DNA of 64,000 nt. It comes from an uncultured Acidobacteriota bacterium. Its GTDB lineage: Bacteria > Actinomycetota > Acidimicrobiia > Spongiisociales > ZC4RG35. Under the pieces are notes generated by a model that was not told the origin of the DNA, made no database searches, and saw only the letters and a list, made by a program, of their open reading frames with translations. Below, piece after piece: positions 50,606 through 60,789 of the stretch. The stretch lies in the NCBI GenBank assembly GCA_963828465.1, contig CAWHEU010000021.1:1-64000 (forward strand), written 5' to 3'. The position numbers and the translations under genes were made by a program. Positions within the stretch are counted from its first letter, which is position 1. Each line of letters opens with the position of its first letter.

Positions 50606-51652
50606 GTGCCCTACCTTCACCAGCCGGAGGATCTCGGCAACCTTCTCGAGGGTGAGCCCTCCTTTCGAGTCGACCAGTTGCGCGACTGGCTCTACAGGAC
50701 GCCTGTGCTGAGCAGCACGGACATGACCAATCTCCCGGCCGAGGTGAGGAGGAGGCTGGAGCCCCTCTGGCCGTTCGATGTGGAAGCGGAGCAGTCCGCC
50801 GACGGCGGGACCACCCGCAAGTGGCTGTTTCGTGCCCCGGACGGAGCCGCCATCGAGGCCGTCCTCATGGGCTATCCGCGCCGGGCCACGTTGTGTATAT
50901 CGAGCCAGGCCGGTTGTGCCCTCGGCTGCACCTTCTGCGCCACTGGCCAGTTCGGGTTCGAGCGACATCTCGATGCGGGCGAGATCGTGGCTCAGGTGGC
51001 CTACGCGCAGGCTTTCCTCCGACAGATCGGGATGCCGGGCACCCCCGATCATCTGACGAACGTCGTCTTCATGGGAATGGGAGAGCCCCTGGCCAATTAC
51101 GACCGGGTCAGGGAGGCGATCCGCCGGATGATCGAGGTGATGGGCATGTCGGCGCGATCGATCACGGTGTCGACCGTCGGCATCGTGCCGGGAATACGAC
51201 GACTGACCGATGAGCCGTGGCCGGTTTCGCTGGCGGTGAGCCTCCACGCCGCCGACGACCAGCTGAGGAGCACGATTGTCCCGATCAATCGGCGCTACCC
51301 GCTTTCGGACCTCGAGGAAGCGGCCGCCGGGTACTTCGAGAAGAAGCGGCGCCGGCTCTCGATCGAGTGGACGATGATGGATGGCGTCAACGACACGACC
51401 GACCAGGCAATAAAGCTGGCTGCGATCGCCCGTCGGCTCCACGCCCACGTGAACTTGATCGCGCTCAATCCGACGCCGTTGACCAAGGAGACGGCATCCA
51501 GCGAGAGGGCCATCGACGCATTTGCCCGGGAACTGGGTCGGCGCGGGGTCAACGTGACCGTCCGCAACACGAGAGGCCGAAATATCGACGCCGCTTGTGG
51601 CCAATTACGCCTTCTCGCCGGCAAACCGGGCCTGAAACCCGTGTCTGACTGA
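50606..51652 (+). CDS. rlmN: 23S rRNA A2503 C2-methyltransferase (radical SAM)
   Basis: CISSQAGCALGCTFCATG, VFMGMGEP, SLHA, IDAACGQL. Confidence 0.95.
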   Translation: MPYLHQPEDLGNLLEGEPSFRVDQLRDWLYRTPVLSSTDMTNLPAEVRRRLEPLWPFDVEAEQSADGGTTRKWLFRAPDGAAIEAVLMGYPRRATLCISSQAGCALGCTFCATGQFGFERHLDAGEIVAQVAYAQAFLRQIGMPGTPDHLTNVVFMGMGEPLANYDRVREAIRRMIEVMGMSARSITVSTVGIVPGIRRLTDEPWPVSLAVSLHAADDQLRSTIVPINRRYPLSDLEEAAAGYFEKKRRRLSIEWTMMDGVNDTTDQAIKLAAIARRLHAHVNLIALNPTPLTKETASSERAIDAFARELGRRGVNVTVRNTRGRNIDAACGQLRLLAGKPGLKPVSD

Positions 51653-51738
51653 CGAAATCCCGTTTTGGTGGAAATTTCGCGATCTGCGGTTAGGGTGGAC
51701 CCGCGGACGGAACAGGGGCCTGAAGGAGTTGGACCTTC

Positions 51739-52884
51739 ATGCCAGTCAATCGACGCGCCCGCGCCATCGCTGTTGGCTCGGTTCTCGCCCTGACTGTGGC
51801 TCTATTTTCATTGGAGTACACCGTGAAGCGCGGAGACACCCTCAGCGAGATCGCACGTGACCACGACGTATCCCTATCCGATGTGATCGAGCTCAACGAG
51901 CTCTCGAATCCCGATTTGATTCGCCCAGGCCAGGTGATCCTCATCCCCGGTGTCGACGGCTCGGTGGAGCAGCTCCACGTGGTCAGCACAGGCGAGTCCT
52001 TGAACAAGATCGCCTCCATCTACGGCGCCACCGCCTCGGCGATCGCCGATGCAAACAGCATGGCCAATCCCGACCTGATCCGTCCGGGTCAGGAGATTCT
52101 CATACCCACCACCAGGAAGAAGTCACCGGGCTCAGGCACCCCGAGCGTCTCCGATGGCGAGAGCTCGTCGTCACGATCGGGTCGGTACCACATCGTTCAG
52201 AGTGGCGAGACCCTGGACTCGATTGCCGGGCAGTACTCGGGGCTTTCGCCCGATGTCATTGCCGACGCCAACGGGATCACCAACGGACAGGTCTACACCG
52301 GCACCCGGCTCTTCCTCGATGGCCCGGCCTTCGTAGGGACGGGGAGTGGGGGATCGGCCAGCTACGTGGTGAAGACGGGTGACCGTCTCGGCGACATCGC
52401 CGCCAGGCACGACACGAACATCTCGACGCTGGCCGACCTGAACGGGTTGTCCGACGTGAACATGATCAGGTCCGGCCAGACCCTCGCGGTACCGGGCGGG
52501 TCCAGCTGGGTTTGCCCGGTCGAGGGTGGCCGCTACTTCAACGACTGGGGCTTTCCCCGCGGCGGCTCACGGTTCCACGAAGGCAACGACATCTTCGCCG
52601 CAAAGGGCTCCCCGGTCAGGGCTCCGGTCTCGGGCACGGTCGAGGTCATCGAGGGCACCGTCGGTGGGCTCCAGTTCAATCTGTATGGAAGCGACGGGAT
52701 CGAGTATCTCGGCTCCCACCTGGACGCGGCAGGGGAAACCGGCGAGGTGAGTGCCGGGGACGTGATCGGCTACGTAGGGAGCTCGGGCAATGCGGCCGGG
52801 ACGACTCCCCACCTCCACTTCGGAATGTACGGGAAGGTGGGAGCGATGAACCCCCACCCGACGCTGGTCTCGAACGGCTGCTGA
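51739..52884 (+). CDS. Secreted four-LysM M23 peptidase (peptidoglycan endopeptidase)
   Basis: Four LysM repeats (YTVKRGDTL etc.), HEGND, SHL, PHLHF. Confidence 0.9.
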   Translation: MPVNRRARAIAVGSVLALTVALFSLEYTVKRGDTLSEIARDHDVSLSDVIELNELSNPDLIRPGQVILIPGVDGSVEQLHVVSTGESLNKIASIYGATASAIADANSMANPDLIRPGQEILIPTTRKKSPGSGTPSVSDGESSSSRSGRYHIVQSGETLDSIAGQYSGLSPDVIADANGITNGQVYTGTRLFLDGPAFVGTGSGGSASYVVKTGDRLGDIAARHDTNISTLADLNGLSDVNMIRSGQTLAVPGGSSWVCPVEGGRYFNDWGFPRGGSRFHEGNDIFAAKGSPVRAPVSGTVEVIEGTVGGLQFNLYGSDGIEYLGSHLDAAGETGEVSAGDVIGYVGSSGNAAGTTPHLHFGMYGKVGAMNPHPTLVSNGC

Positions 52885-52896
52885 CACGCAGGCAAC

Positions 52897-54555
52897 TCAG
52901 GCCATCACCTCGCGGAGATGATCGAGTCTGATCGCACCTGCCTCCAACAATCGTCGGTGAAAGTCCTTGCGGTCGAAGGAGGCACCGGCCTCCGTCATTG
53001 CCTGCTTCCGGATGTCGAGGATCTCCCGCTCCCCGACCTTGTACGAGATGGCCTGACCCGGCCAGCCGAGATACCTCAACACCTCCGACTCCGCCAGGTC
53101 TCTCGGCTGCCGGCCGATCTTCTCCATGTAATCCACGGCGAGGTCGTAGTTCCACACCTGACCCGCATGGAGAGGAGCGTCGTCCGGGATCCGCTTTTCC
53201 AGATGGGCCCCGATGTCCACCACGACCCTCGTTGACCTGAACAGCTGGCTGGCGAGCAGGCCCAATCGGTATTCCGGATTCTCGAAGAATCCGAGCTCCT
53301 CCATTAGCCGCTCGGCGTAGAGGGCCCATCCCTCTCCCGACCCCGGGTACCAGACGAACAACCGGTGAAACCGGGACAGTTTCTCTCGCTGCAGCACTGC
53401 GAGCCCGACCTGCAGGTGGTGACCGGGGAAGCCCTCGTGATAGGCAGTGGCGACCTCCTGCCAGTACGGGATCCGGGTTCTCTCGCCGAGGGCGTACCAG
53501 ATCGATCCGGGGCGTTCGAGATCCTCCGAGGGTGCCACGTACCACGCCCCGAGAGCGCCCCCCGAAGGAGCGAGATTCACCGTCACGTCGCACATCGGTG
53601 GCGGCACGTCGAAAGCCGACCCGTCCAGACGCTCGACTGCATGAGCCTGGATATCGCGGACGAAATCCGCAAATGCGCCATGATCGGGCGCCGAGCGACC
53701 AGGGTCGGTATCCAGCAGGTCGATCACTTCATCGATGTTCATATTGGGGTCGATCTCCGCCGCCGTGTCCTTCATCTCGCCGAGCAACCGGTGTACCTCG
53801 GACCATCCCCAGTCGTAGATCTCGTCCGGGTCGAGGTGCAACCCGAGGAAGCGCTCGGATTCCGCCGCATACCGGTCGAGACCGGCTGCATCGGAGGAGC
53901 TGGCTCGGGGCAGATAATCGGTCTCCAGCCAGTCTGCGAACCCGGCTGATGCGGACCTGGCCCGGGCGACGGCCGCCGCCACCTGATCCTCGTCGCCTCC
54001 GCCGGCTGCGGCGAGGGCAGGAAGCGCCGAGAAGCGCGACTCGGAGCCGGCAACCGAGCGCACCTGTTCGATGACGCTCAGCACCTGTCGTCGGGCCACC
54101 GTTTCCCCGCTCTCGAGCCCGACGAGGAGGCTGGCCCGATACCCATCCAGCATGTCGTCCCATGTCGAGAGTCGCACGGTCACGTTCTCCCACGCCTCGG
54201 GCCCGACCTTCGACACGATGTCGAAGGTGTCACGTGCAGTCTGAAACGGGCCGTAGATGTGGTTGAGATCCCGCTTCCAATGCCCGCTCTCGTAGAGGCG
54301 GCGCCCCGATTTCAGGTACCCACTCACGACACGTGCCGCGGTCGCCTGCACCGGGTCGGGGTGGTCGAGATGTGGCTCGAGATCCGCCACAGCCCTCGCC
54401 CTGAGCTCCTCTTTCGCCGCCTCACCGTCGGGCGAGAAGTCGTCCCACAGGTGATCGCGACCGGTAACGCCGGCCTCGGTGGCGGCGATCGGCGACAAGT
54501 CGGCATACGCCTCCGTCAAGCGATCGCAGATCTCGAAAGGTGTGGTCTCTGGCAT
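52897..54555 (-). CDS. DUF885 family putative metallopeptidase
   Basis: YHEGFPGHHLQ, EGWALYAE, RVVVDIG, PGQAISYKVG. Confidence 0.88.
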   Translation of the reverse strand: MPETTPFEICDRLTEAYADLSPIAATEAGVTGRDHLWDDFSPDGEAAKEELRARAVADLEPHLDHPDPVQATAARVVSGYLKSGRRLYESGHWKRDLNHIYGPFQTARDTFDIVSKVGPEAWENVTVRLSTWDDMLDGYRASLLVGLESGETVARRQVLSVIEQVRSVAGSESRFSALPALAAAGGGDEDQVAAAVARARSASAGFADWLETDYLPRASSSDAAGLDRYAAESERFLGLHLDPDEIYDWGWSEVHRLLGEMKDTAAEIDPNMNIDEVIDLLDTDPGRSAPDHGAFADFVRDIQAHAVERLDGSAFDVPPPMCDVTVNLAPSGGALGAWYVAPSEDLERPGSIWYALGERTRIPYWQEVATAYHEGFPGHHLQVGLAVLQREKLSRFHRLFVWYPGSGEGWALYAERLMEELGFFENPEYRLGLLASQLFRSTRVVVDIGAHLEKRIPDDAPLHAGQVWNYDLAVDYMEKIGRQPRDLAESEVLRYLGWPGQAISYKVGEREILDIRKQAMTEAGASFDRKDFHRRLLEAGAIRLDHLREVMA

Positions 54556-54597
54556 GCTCGGGTGAAGGAGCGTAGACCCCTGGATACCCTTCGACTG

Positions 54598-55644
54598 GTG
54601 GAAGAGGTCATCGAGGTCCGTCAGGACGAGCAATTCGATGTGCACCGCCTCACGGGCTGGATGGCCGGCAACGGGACGCTGCCCGATGGGTCTCCCAGGG
54701 TCCGTCAGTTCGCCGGTGGCAAGGCCAACCTCACATATCTTCTCGACTTCCCGGGCGGTGAGCAGCTCGTGCTGCGGAGGCCCCCCCTCGGCCCGGTCGC
54801 GGAAAGCTCCCACGACATGACACGGGAGTACACGGTCCTCTCCCGACTCTGGAACGGCTTCGACAAGGCGCCGCGGGCTATTGCGCTCTGTGAAGACCCA
54901 GACGTGATCGGTGCCCCATTCTTCCTGATGGAGCCCAAGCCCGGTGTCGTCATCCGGGACGTCGTCCCCGATGTCTTCGGTGGGGGCACGGACAAGGGGG
55001 CCAACCACAAGCTGTCAACCGTCGTGATCGACACCCTGGTCGAGCTCCACTCGGTTGACCCCGTCGAATGCGGGCTGGAAGACCTCGGGCATCCGGACGG
55101 GTTCCTGGAGAGGCAAGTCGAGGGATGGTGGCGTCGCTGGGAACGGGCCAAGGATGACGACGATCCGATTGCCGACGAAGTCGGCAGGTGGCTTCGGTCC
55201 GGTGTGCCGCAGTCGGGGCCCCCGACACTCATCCACAACGACTGGCGTCTGGACAATATGGCGGTGTCGCCGGCCGATCCGGGTGTCTGTGTGGCGGTCT
55301 ATGACTGGGACATGGCGACGAGGGGCGACCCTCTCGCCGACGTCGGAACGCTGATGGCGTCCTGGTACGACGAGGGAGAGGAGAAGTCGACCCTTGCGCC
55401 GATGCCCACCACCTCTCCCGGTTGGCTCGACAGGCGTGCAGCGCTCGACCGCTACGGAGAACGCTCCGGCAGGGACCTGGGCCAAGCCGACTGGTACGTC
55501 GTATTTGGGACCTGGAAGCTCGGGGTCGTCCTCCAGCAGATCTTCATCCGGTGGCTGAGGGGGCAGACCAAAGACCCCCGGTTCGAGCCGCTGGGAGAAG
55601 GCGCCCGGGCCTTGTTCCGCCTCGCAGCCCTCAGGATGCCCTGA
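54598..55644 (+). CDS. APH-family phosphotransferase (ACAD10/11 kinase-like)
   Basis: GGKANLTY, VLRRPP, HDMTREY, IHNDWRLDN, YDWDM..GDPLAD. Confidence 0.88.
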   Translation: MEEVIEVRQDEQFDVHRLTGWMAGNGTLPDGSPRVRQFAGGKANLTYLLDFPGGEQLVLRRPPLGPVAESSHDMTREYTVLSRLWNGFDKAPRAIALCEDPDVIGAPFFLMEPKPGVVIRDVVPDVFGGGTDKGANHKLSTVVIDTLVELHSVDPVECGLEDLGHPDGFLERQVEGWWRRWERAKDDDDPIADEVGRWLRSGVPQSGPPTLIHNDWRLDNMAVSPADPGVCVAVYDWDMATRGDPLADVGTLMASWYDEGEEKSTLAPMPTTSPGWLDRRAALDRYGERSGRDLGQADWYVVFGTWKLGVVLQQIFIRWLRGQTKDPRFEPLGEGARALFRLAALRMP

Positions 55645-55655
55645 ATTGCTTTCGA

Positions 55656-55700
55656 GTCAACTTGGGTTGACAACATCCCGGCTGTCAACCTAGGGTGACA
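55656..55700 (+). promoter_or_regulatory. Promoter with two GTCAAC-N4-G(T/G)TGAC operators
   Basis: GTCAACTTGGGTTGAC 55656-55671 and TGTCAACCTAGGGTGACA 55683-55700 overlap TTGACA-N18-TAGGGT; ATG 55704 would be leaderless. Confidence 0.78.
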
Positions 55701-55703
55701 GGT

Positions 55704-55904
55704 ATGACATTCCCGAAGGTCGCCGGCGCGGACAGCGCCGACCCTGCTCAGGGCCTGCAGGCCGTGGTTGTTCTCCGACGCACGACAGAGAGGCTGGAGG
55801 CGATTCACGTGGAAGCCGCCCGGGCCCATGGCTGGACCTGGCAGGAGATCGGCGATGCACTGGGCGTGTCAAGGCAGGCGGTACACAAGAAGTATGGGAG
55901 GTAG
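55704..55904 (+). CDS. Small HTH DNA-binding protein
   Basis: ARAHGWTWQEIGDALGVSRQAVHKKY. Confidence 0.85.
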   Translation: MTFPKVAGADSADPAQGLQAVVVLRRTTERLEAIHVEAARAHGWTWQEIGDALGVSRQAVHKKYGR

Positions 55905-55906
55905 CG

Positions 55907-56383
55907 GTGTTCGAGCGATTCACCAAGAACGCCAGGCTCGTGGTGACTCACGCCGTCGAAGAGGCGGAGAGCCGTGGCGATACACGCATTGGCACCGAGC
56001 ATCTCCTCATCGGGGTGGCCCGTTCACGATCCCTCGAGGGTGTGATGCCCGACGTCGAGTCCGTCCGGGCCGAGCTCGACCGGCTGGACCGGGAGGCGCT
56101 GGCATCGGTGGGCCTGGACCCGGAATTGATCGAGTTGGCCGGCCCGGCACGTCATAGGAAATCCGCGCATATCCCGTTCACGAGCGGGGCCAAGGACATC
56201 CTCAAGGGCGCTTTGCGTGCCGCGCTGGATCTGGGTCACCGACATATTGGTGTCGAGCACATCGCCATCGCCCTGACCGCGATCGAAGGCCCCGATCGCG
56301 CCACCGGAATGCTCCACGGTCTCGACCTCGATCCTGATGCCCTCCGAGCGGTCCTGCTTCGCCACGCGCGCCAGGCATCTTGA
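55907..56383 (+). CDS. Stand-alone Clp N-terminal (double Clp-N) domain protein
   Basis: MFERFT..AR..V..A.EEA, IGTEHLL, IPFT..AK..L, IGVEH; no AAA+ domain. Confidence 0.88.
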   Translation: MFERFTKNARLVVTHAVEEAESRGDTRIGTEHLLIGVARSRSLEGVMPDVESVRAELDRLDREALASVGLDPELIELAGPARHRKSAHIPFTSGAKDILKGALRAALDLGHRHIGVEHIAIALTAIEGPDRATGMLHGLDLDPDALRAVLLRHARQAS

Positions 56384-56451
56384 TGCGAACCTGAAATAGG
56401 CCAAATAGGGCGGCGGGCAATGGTCGTGCCGTTGTTAATTTGGTGACTGTT

Positions 56452-59445
56452 ATGAATTCAGGAGACCTCCCCCTAGGGACGGTCAGCTTTCTCTTCTCCG
56501 ACATCGAGGGCTCGACGAGGATGCTGCAAGAGCTCGGCGATGCCTTTCGGCCTGTCCTGGAACGCCATAACACGATCGTGCACGAGGCGGCTAACAGCCA
56601 TCGCGGCCGGATCGTCAAGAACGAGGGTGATGGCTTCTTCGTCGCCTTTCAGTCCGCACTCGACGCGGTCTCCGGCGCCGTGGAGATCCAGCGCCAGCTG
56701 GCGGCGGAGGACTGGGAGTCGCCGCAAGACGTGAGGGTGAGGATTGGAGTTCACACTGGTGAGGGCCGGCTGGGTGGCTCCGACTATGTCGGCATCGACG
56801 TCCATCGGGCAGCCCGCATCGGGGACAGCGGGCACGGCGGTCAGACCCTCGTCTCCGAGGCGACGGCCCGCCTTGTCGAATACAACCTCCCCGAGGACAC
56901 ACGCCTCGAGGATCTAGGAACCCATCGACTCCGCGACCTGACCCACGAGGAGCACATCTTCCAATTGAGTGTGGAGGGGCTCTCGACCGAGTTCCCACCA
57001 TTGCGCACCCTGACCTCTTCCAAGGGCAACCTTCCCATCAGGGACCTCACGCTGGTTGGCCGTCAACTCGAGAAGGACTCTGTTCTCGTGGCCCTGGAGG
57101 AGTCGCGGCTGGTGACGCTCACCGGGCCTGGTGGCGTGGGGAAGACGACACTGGCGCTGAAGGTGGCCGAAGAGCTCGCCTCCAGGTTCGAGGACGGCGT
57201 GTGGTTCGTCGAGGTCTCGAGGGTGGCGGACGACAACCTCCTGGCGGCGGCCGTTGCTCGCCAACTCCACATCACAGAGAGCCCGCTCCAATCGATCACC
57301 GACACGCTGATCTCCCGCCTGGCCAAGGCCCACTCGCTGTTGATCCTCGACGGGTGTGAGCACCTGATCGACGCCGTCGCCAAGCTGACCGACCAGCTGC
57401 TCCAGGGCACCGAGACATTGAAGATCCTGGCCACCACGCGGGAGTGGCTTTCGATCAGGGAGGAGCACCTGGTCCAGATCTCCCCGCTGGCAGTTCCAGG
57501 CCCCGAAATCAGGTCTTTGGATGGGATCGCCTCGTTTCACTCGGTCGAGCTATTCGTGAACCGGGCACGACTGGTGAATCCGAACTTCGAGCTTGGCCTG
57601 GCCAATGCGCAACAGGTCGCGGAGGTCTGCCGGCGCCTGGACGGAATCCCCCTCGCCATCGAGCTAGCTGCAGCACGGCTGAAGGTGTTGTCGGTGGGAC
57701 AGCTCGTCGAACGGCTTGATCAGCAGTTCGCCCTCCTTGCCGGGACGGCTCGAGACCTGCCACCTCATCAGCAGACACTCGAGACCACTCTCGACTGGAG
57801 CTATGACTTCCTCGGGGGTGCAGAACGCGCGCTGTTCACTCGACTTTCGGTGTTCAACGGTGGCTTCACCCTGGAAGCCGCCGAGAGCGTCTGCTCTGGA
57901 GGCCTCGTGGCGCGGGAGCATGTGATGAACCTCCTAGGACGACTGGTCGAGACGTCTCTCGTAATGGCAACGGAGACCGACCCGATCCGCTACCGCCTCC
58001 TCGAGCCGATCAGCCACTACGCCCGGATGAGGCTGGACGAGGCCGCCGAGCTCTCGACGCTCCGTGACCGCCATGCCGAGTTCTTCCTGGCCATGGCGGA
58101 GGAAGGCGACAGTGAGATCCTGGACAACGAGCAGAACGTGTGGGCCGATCGTCTGGAGCGTGACCGTTACAACCTGCGTGCGGCCCTCACCTGGCTGCAC
58201 GAATCGGGCCGGGCTCAGGATGCGATGGCCATGGCCGGTGCCCTGCGCTGGTTCTGGGTCATGAAACGGGAGGTCAGCGACGGCACGGAATGGCTCGAGC
58301 GCACGCTCGCTCATCGGGAAGGCGTCGATCCATCGATAGTCGCCCGGGCGCTGAATGGCGCGGGGCTCCTGGCCAGTCGCCGGCTCGCGTTCGACGAGTC
58401 ATACGACGCCCTGACCGAGGCAATGGAGATCTACCGTCAGCTCGGGGATCGACATGGCGAGGCGCGCCAGGCTTATCAGCTCATGGCGACGGCATGGCTA
58501 CGGGACGACCTGGAAGAGGCGAAGCGTCTTGCCCCTGAAGCCGAGCGCATCAACCGGGACGTCGGTGACACCTGGATGCTGGCCTGGACCCTCGCCGTCT
58601 GGGCAACCATGGCGCGCCTCCAAGGAGATCTGGAAGAGGCACGGGAGAAGATGACCGAGAGCCATGGACTGTTTCTCGCTCATTCCGGAGTCCTCGACGT
58701 GGGGTGGTCGGCCCTCAGGCTCGGCGCCGTGGCCCGCGACGAAGGCAACTACAACGAGGCCACAGACAGATACACCGAGGGTCGTGACCTCCTCGTCATC
58801 GCCGGCGACTCATTGGGGGTGGCTCATGCGGACGCCGGGTTGGGGGCGATGGCCTGGCTCGCCGGCGACCACGACTACGCGTTGGAGCTGTTCAAGTCGG
58901 TGCTCGAGGGATTCAGCCTCTATGAGGAGACGGCCAACAACCTCTTCGAGATGAAGACGATGATCCAATCGAACCCGACGACAGCCGAGCTACAGAGAGT
59001 CGTGGAGCAGAACCGAAACCGGGCCACGGTCGTCAATGACAGAGCCGGTGCGAGAGCAGCCCTCGGGGAGTATCTGTACCACATGGGCAAGACCGCACAC
59101 CGGCAGGGCCAGTTCGAACGGGCCCAGGATGCCCTGGTCGAGAGTCTGGTGCTGTCCGATGGCGCAGAGGACATGCGAGGTGTGGGCATAGCCATCGCAT
59201 CGCTCGCCGTCGGGGCCCATGCTCAGGGCCGCGACGTGGTCGCCGCCCGTCTCTTCGGGCTCGCCGACTTGGTCGCAAGCAAGCACCGCGTCGCAATCTG
59301 GCCGCCACCGGAGGAGCACGATTACGCCACCCAGGTGGCGTCCACCCAGGAGAGTCTGGGCAGCCAGGAGTTCGCCCACGCCACGGTGGCGGGTGAATCT
59401 CTCACCGTCGAGGGTGCGATCGCCCTGGTGCGCCGCGGGTCCTGA
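56452..59445 (+). CDS. Class III adenylate/guanylate cyclase - STAND ATPase - TPR protein
   Basis: FLFSDIEGST, EGDGFF, RIGVHTGE, VHRAARI; GPGGVGKT, LDGCEHL, LDGIPLAIELAAAR; helical repeats. Confidence 0.9.
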   Translation: MNSGDLPLGTVSFLFSDIEGSTRMLQELGDAFRPVLERHNTIVHEAANSHRGRIVKNEGDGFFVAFQSALDAVSGAVEIQRQLAAEDWESPQDVRVRIGVHTGEGRLGGSDYVGIDVHRAARIGDSGHGGQTLVSEATARLVEYNLPEDTRLEDLGTHRLRDLTHEEHIFQLSVEGLSTEFPPLRTLTSSKGNLPIRDLTLVGRQLEKDSVLVALEESRLVTLTGPGGVGKTTLALKVAEELASRFEDGVWFVEVSRVADDNLLAAAVARQLHITESPLQSITDTLISRLAKAHSLLILDGCEHLIDAVAKLTDQLLQGTETLKILATTREWLSIREEHLVQISPLAVPGPEIRSLDGIASFHSVELFVNRARLVNPNFELGLANAQQVAEVCRRLDGIPLAIELAAARLKVLSVGQLVERLDQQFALLAGTARDLPPHQQTLETTLDWSYDFLGGAERALFTRLSVFNGGFTLEAAESVCSGGLVAREHVMNLLGRLVETSLVMATETDPIRYRLLEPISHYARMRLDEAAELSTLRDRHAEFFLAMAEEGDSEILDNEQNVWADRLERDRYNLRAALTWLHESGRAQDAMAMAGALRWFWVMKREVSDGTEWLERTLAHREGVDPSIVARALNGAGLLASRRLAFDESYDALTEAMEIYRQLGDRHGEARQAYQLMATAWLRDDLEEAKRLAPEAERINRDVGDTWMLAWTLAVWATMARLQGDLEEAREKMTESHGLFLAHSGVLDVGWSALRLGAVARDEGNYNEATDRYTEGRDLLVIAGDSLGVAHADAGLGAMAWLAGDHDYALELFKSVLEGFSLYEETANNLFEMKTMIQSNPTTAELQRVVEQNRNRATVVNDRAGARAALGEYLYHMGKTAHRQGQFERAQDALVESLVLSDGAEDMRGVGIAIASLAVGAHAQGRDVVAARLFGLADLVASKHRVAIWPPPEEHDYATQVASTQESLGSQEFAHATVAGESLTVEGAIALVRRGS

Positions 59446-59471
59446 CAACGCATCAGGTATCGAGCCCATGC

Positions 59472-60041
59472 TCAGTAGTCGATGCCTCGTCTCGCCATGA
59501 CTCCCTGGTCGAAGACGTGCTTCACTTTCTTCATCTCGGTCACCGTGTCGGCCACCTCGATCAGGGCAATGGGGGCATCACGGCCGGTCAGAATGAGATT
59601 CAGCCGGCTGGGACGATTGGCGATCGCGCTCAGCACGTCGTCGATGTCGATCCAGCCCCAGTTGATGGGGTAGGTGACCTCGTCCAGGATCAACAGGTCA
59701 TACTCATCAGAGCCGATTCTGGTCTTGGCGCTGAGCCACGCCTCACTGGCTATCGCCTCGGATTCGTCGATGTCGTCAGAGTCCCACGTGAACCCATCGC
59801 CCAGGGCCCACCAGTCGATCCCCAGCCTCCGGCCCACATCCTCCTCACCGACCTTCCACTCCCCCGACTTGAGGAACTGGACGACACCTACCTTCCAGCC
59901 ACGGGCTACTGCCCGCAGTGCCGTGCCGAAGGCGGCAGTCGACTTCCCCTTGCCTTCGCCGGTGTTGACCAGGACGAGCGAGGGCAACCGCTTGTGCGCC
60001 GCCGGAGGTGACTCAGTCGGTGGGCTGGATTGATCGGTCAC
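59472..60041 (-). CDS. cobO: Cob(I)alamin adenosyltransferase
   Basis: NTGEGKGKSTAAFG, VQFLK, LDEVTY, LTGR, ADTVTEM, GIDY. Confidence 0.95.
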   Translation of the reverse strand: MTDQSSPPTESPPAAHKRLPSLVLVNTGEGKGKSTAAFGTALRAVARGWKVGVVQFLKSGEWKVGEEDVGRRLGIDWWALGDGFTWDSDDIDESEAIASEAWLSAKTRIGSDEYDLLILDEVTYPINWGWIDIDDVLSAIANRPSRLNLILTGRDAPIALIEVADTVTEMKKVKHVFDQGVMARRGIDY

Positions 60042-60789
60042 TCTGTCTCCGTGTGGGGATGACGGTCGGACCATCGCCATTGGTCACGACTCGGATCCCG
60101 GCACCGTAGCTGGGGATGAGAGTGCCCTCGGTCAGCACCTTCGAGGCAGTCCCTTCGGCAGCTACTTGCCCGTGGTCGAGGAGGACGAGGCGATCGGCGA
60201 ACCGGCCGGCCAAGGTCAGATCGTGGAGTGCCGTGACCACCGTCAGCCTTTCGTGGTGCCGCAGCTCATCGAGTATCTCGAGAACCTCCAGGGCATGACC
60301 GATGTCGAGGCTCGATGTCGGTTCGTCGAGCAGGAGAACGGGTGCCTCCTGAGCCAAGGCCCGGGCCAGGACAGCCCGCTGCGCCTCGCCCCCAGACAGG
60401 GTGGACAGGTTGCGATCGGACAGTTCGATCAGGTCGAGGCGCGATACCGCCCGTCCAACAGACTCCAGGTCGTGGCTTCGCTCCGATCCCACGTAGCCGA
60501 GGTGGGGGGTCCGGCCGAGGAGGACGTAGTTGGCAACGGTCATCTCGTCCGGCAGCAACGGTCGTTGTGGCATCCAGGCGATGTCGGCTCCCGCCCGGCG
60601 CTCACGGCCGCCCAGATCGACAGACCCTTGGTGGGGGACGATGCCGACGGCTGCCTTGAGAAGAGTCGACTTCCCGGCGCCGTTGGGCCCGATCAAGCCC
60701 ACCCATTCGCCATCGTCCACCGTGAGAGAGACCGGGCCGACGACGGTCACGCCGCTGAAGGAGACAACGACGTCGCGCCAGGAGATCAC
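60013..60789 (-). CDS. btuD: Cobalamin ABC transporter ATP-binding protein
   Basis: GPNGAGKS, LSGGEAQR, LDEPTSSLD, LHDL. Confidence 0.88.
   Translation of the reverse strand: MISWRDVVVSFSGVTVVGPVSLTVDDGEWVGLIGPNGAGKSTLLKAAVGIVPHQGSVDLGGRERRAGADIAWMPQRPLLPDEMTVANYVLLGRTPHLGYVGSERSHDLESVGRAVSRLDLIELSDRNLSTLSGGEAQRAVLARALAQEAPVLLLDEPTSSLDIGHALEVLEILDELRHHERLTVVTALHDLTLAGRFADRLVLLDHGQVAAEGTASKVLTEGTLIPSYGAGIRVVTNGDGPTVIPTRRQSDRSIQPTD

Noticed and set aside
52897-55008. 703-aa DUF885 ORF overlapping the phosphotransferase gene
   Set aside because: The extension is antisense shadow; the likely starts are 54555 (-) and 54598 (+), a normal divergent pair.
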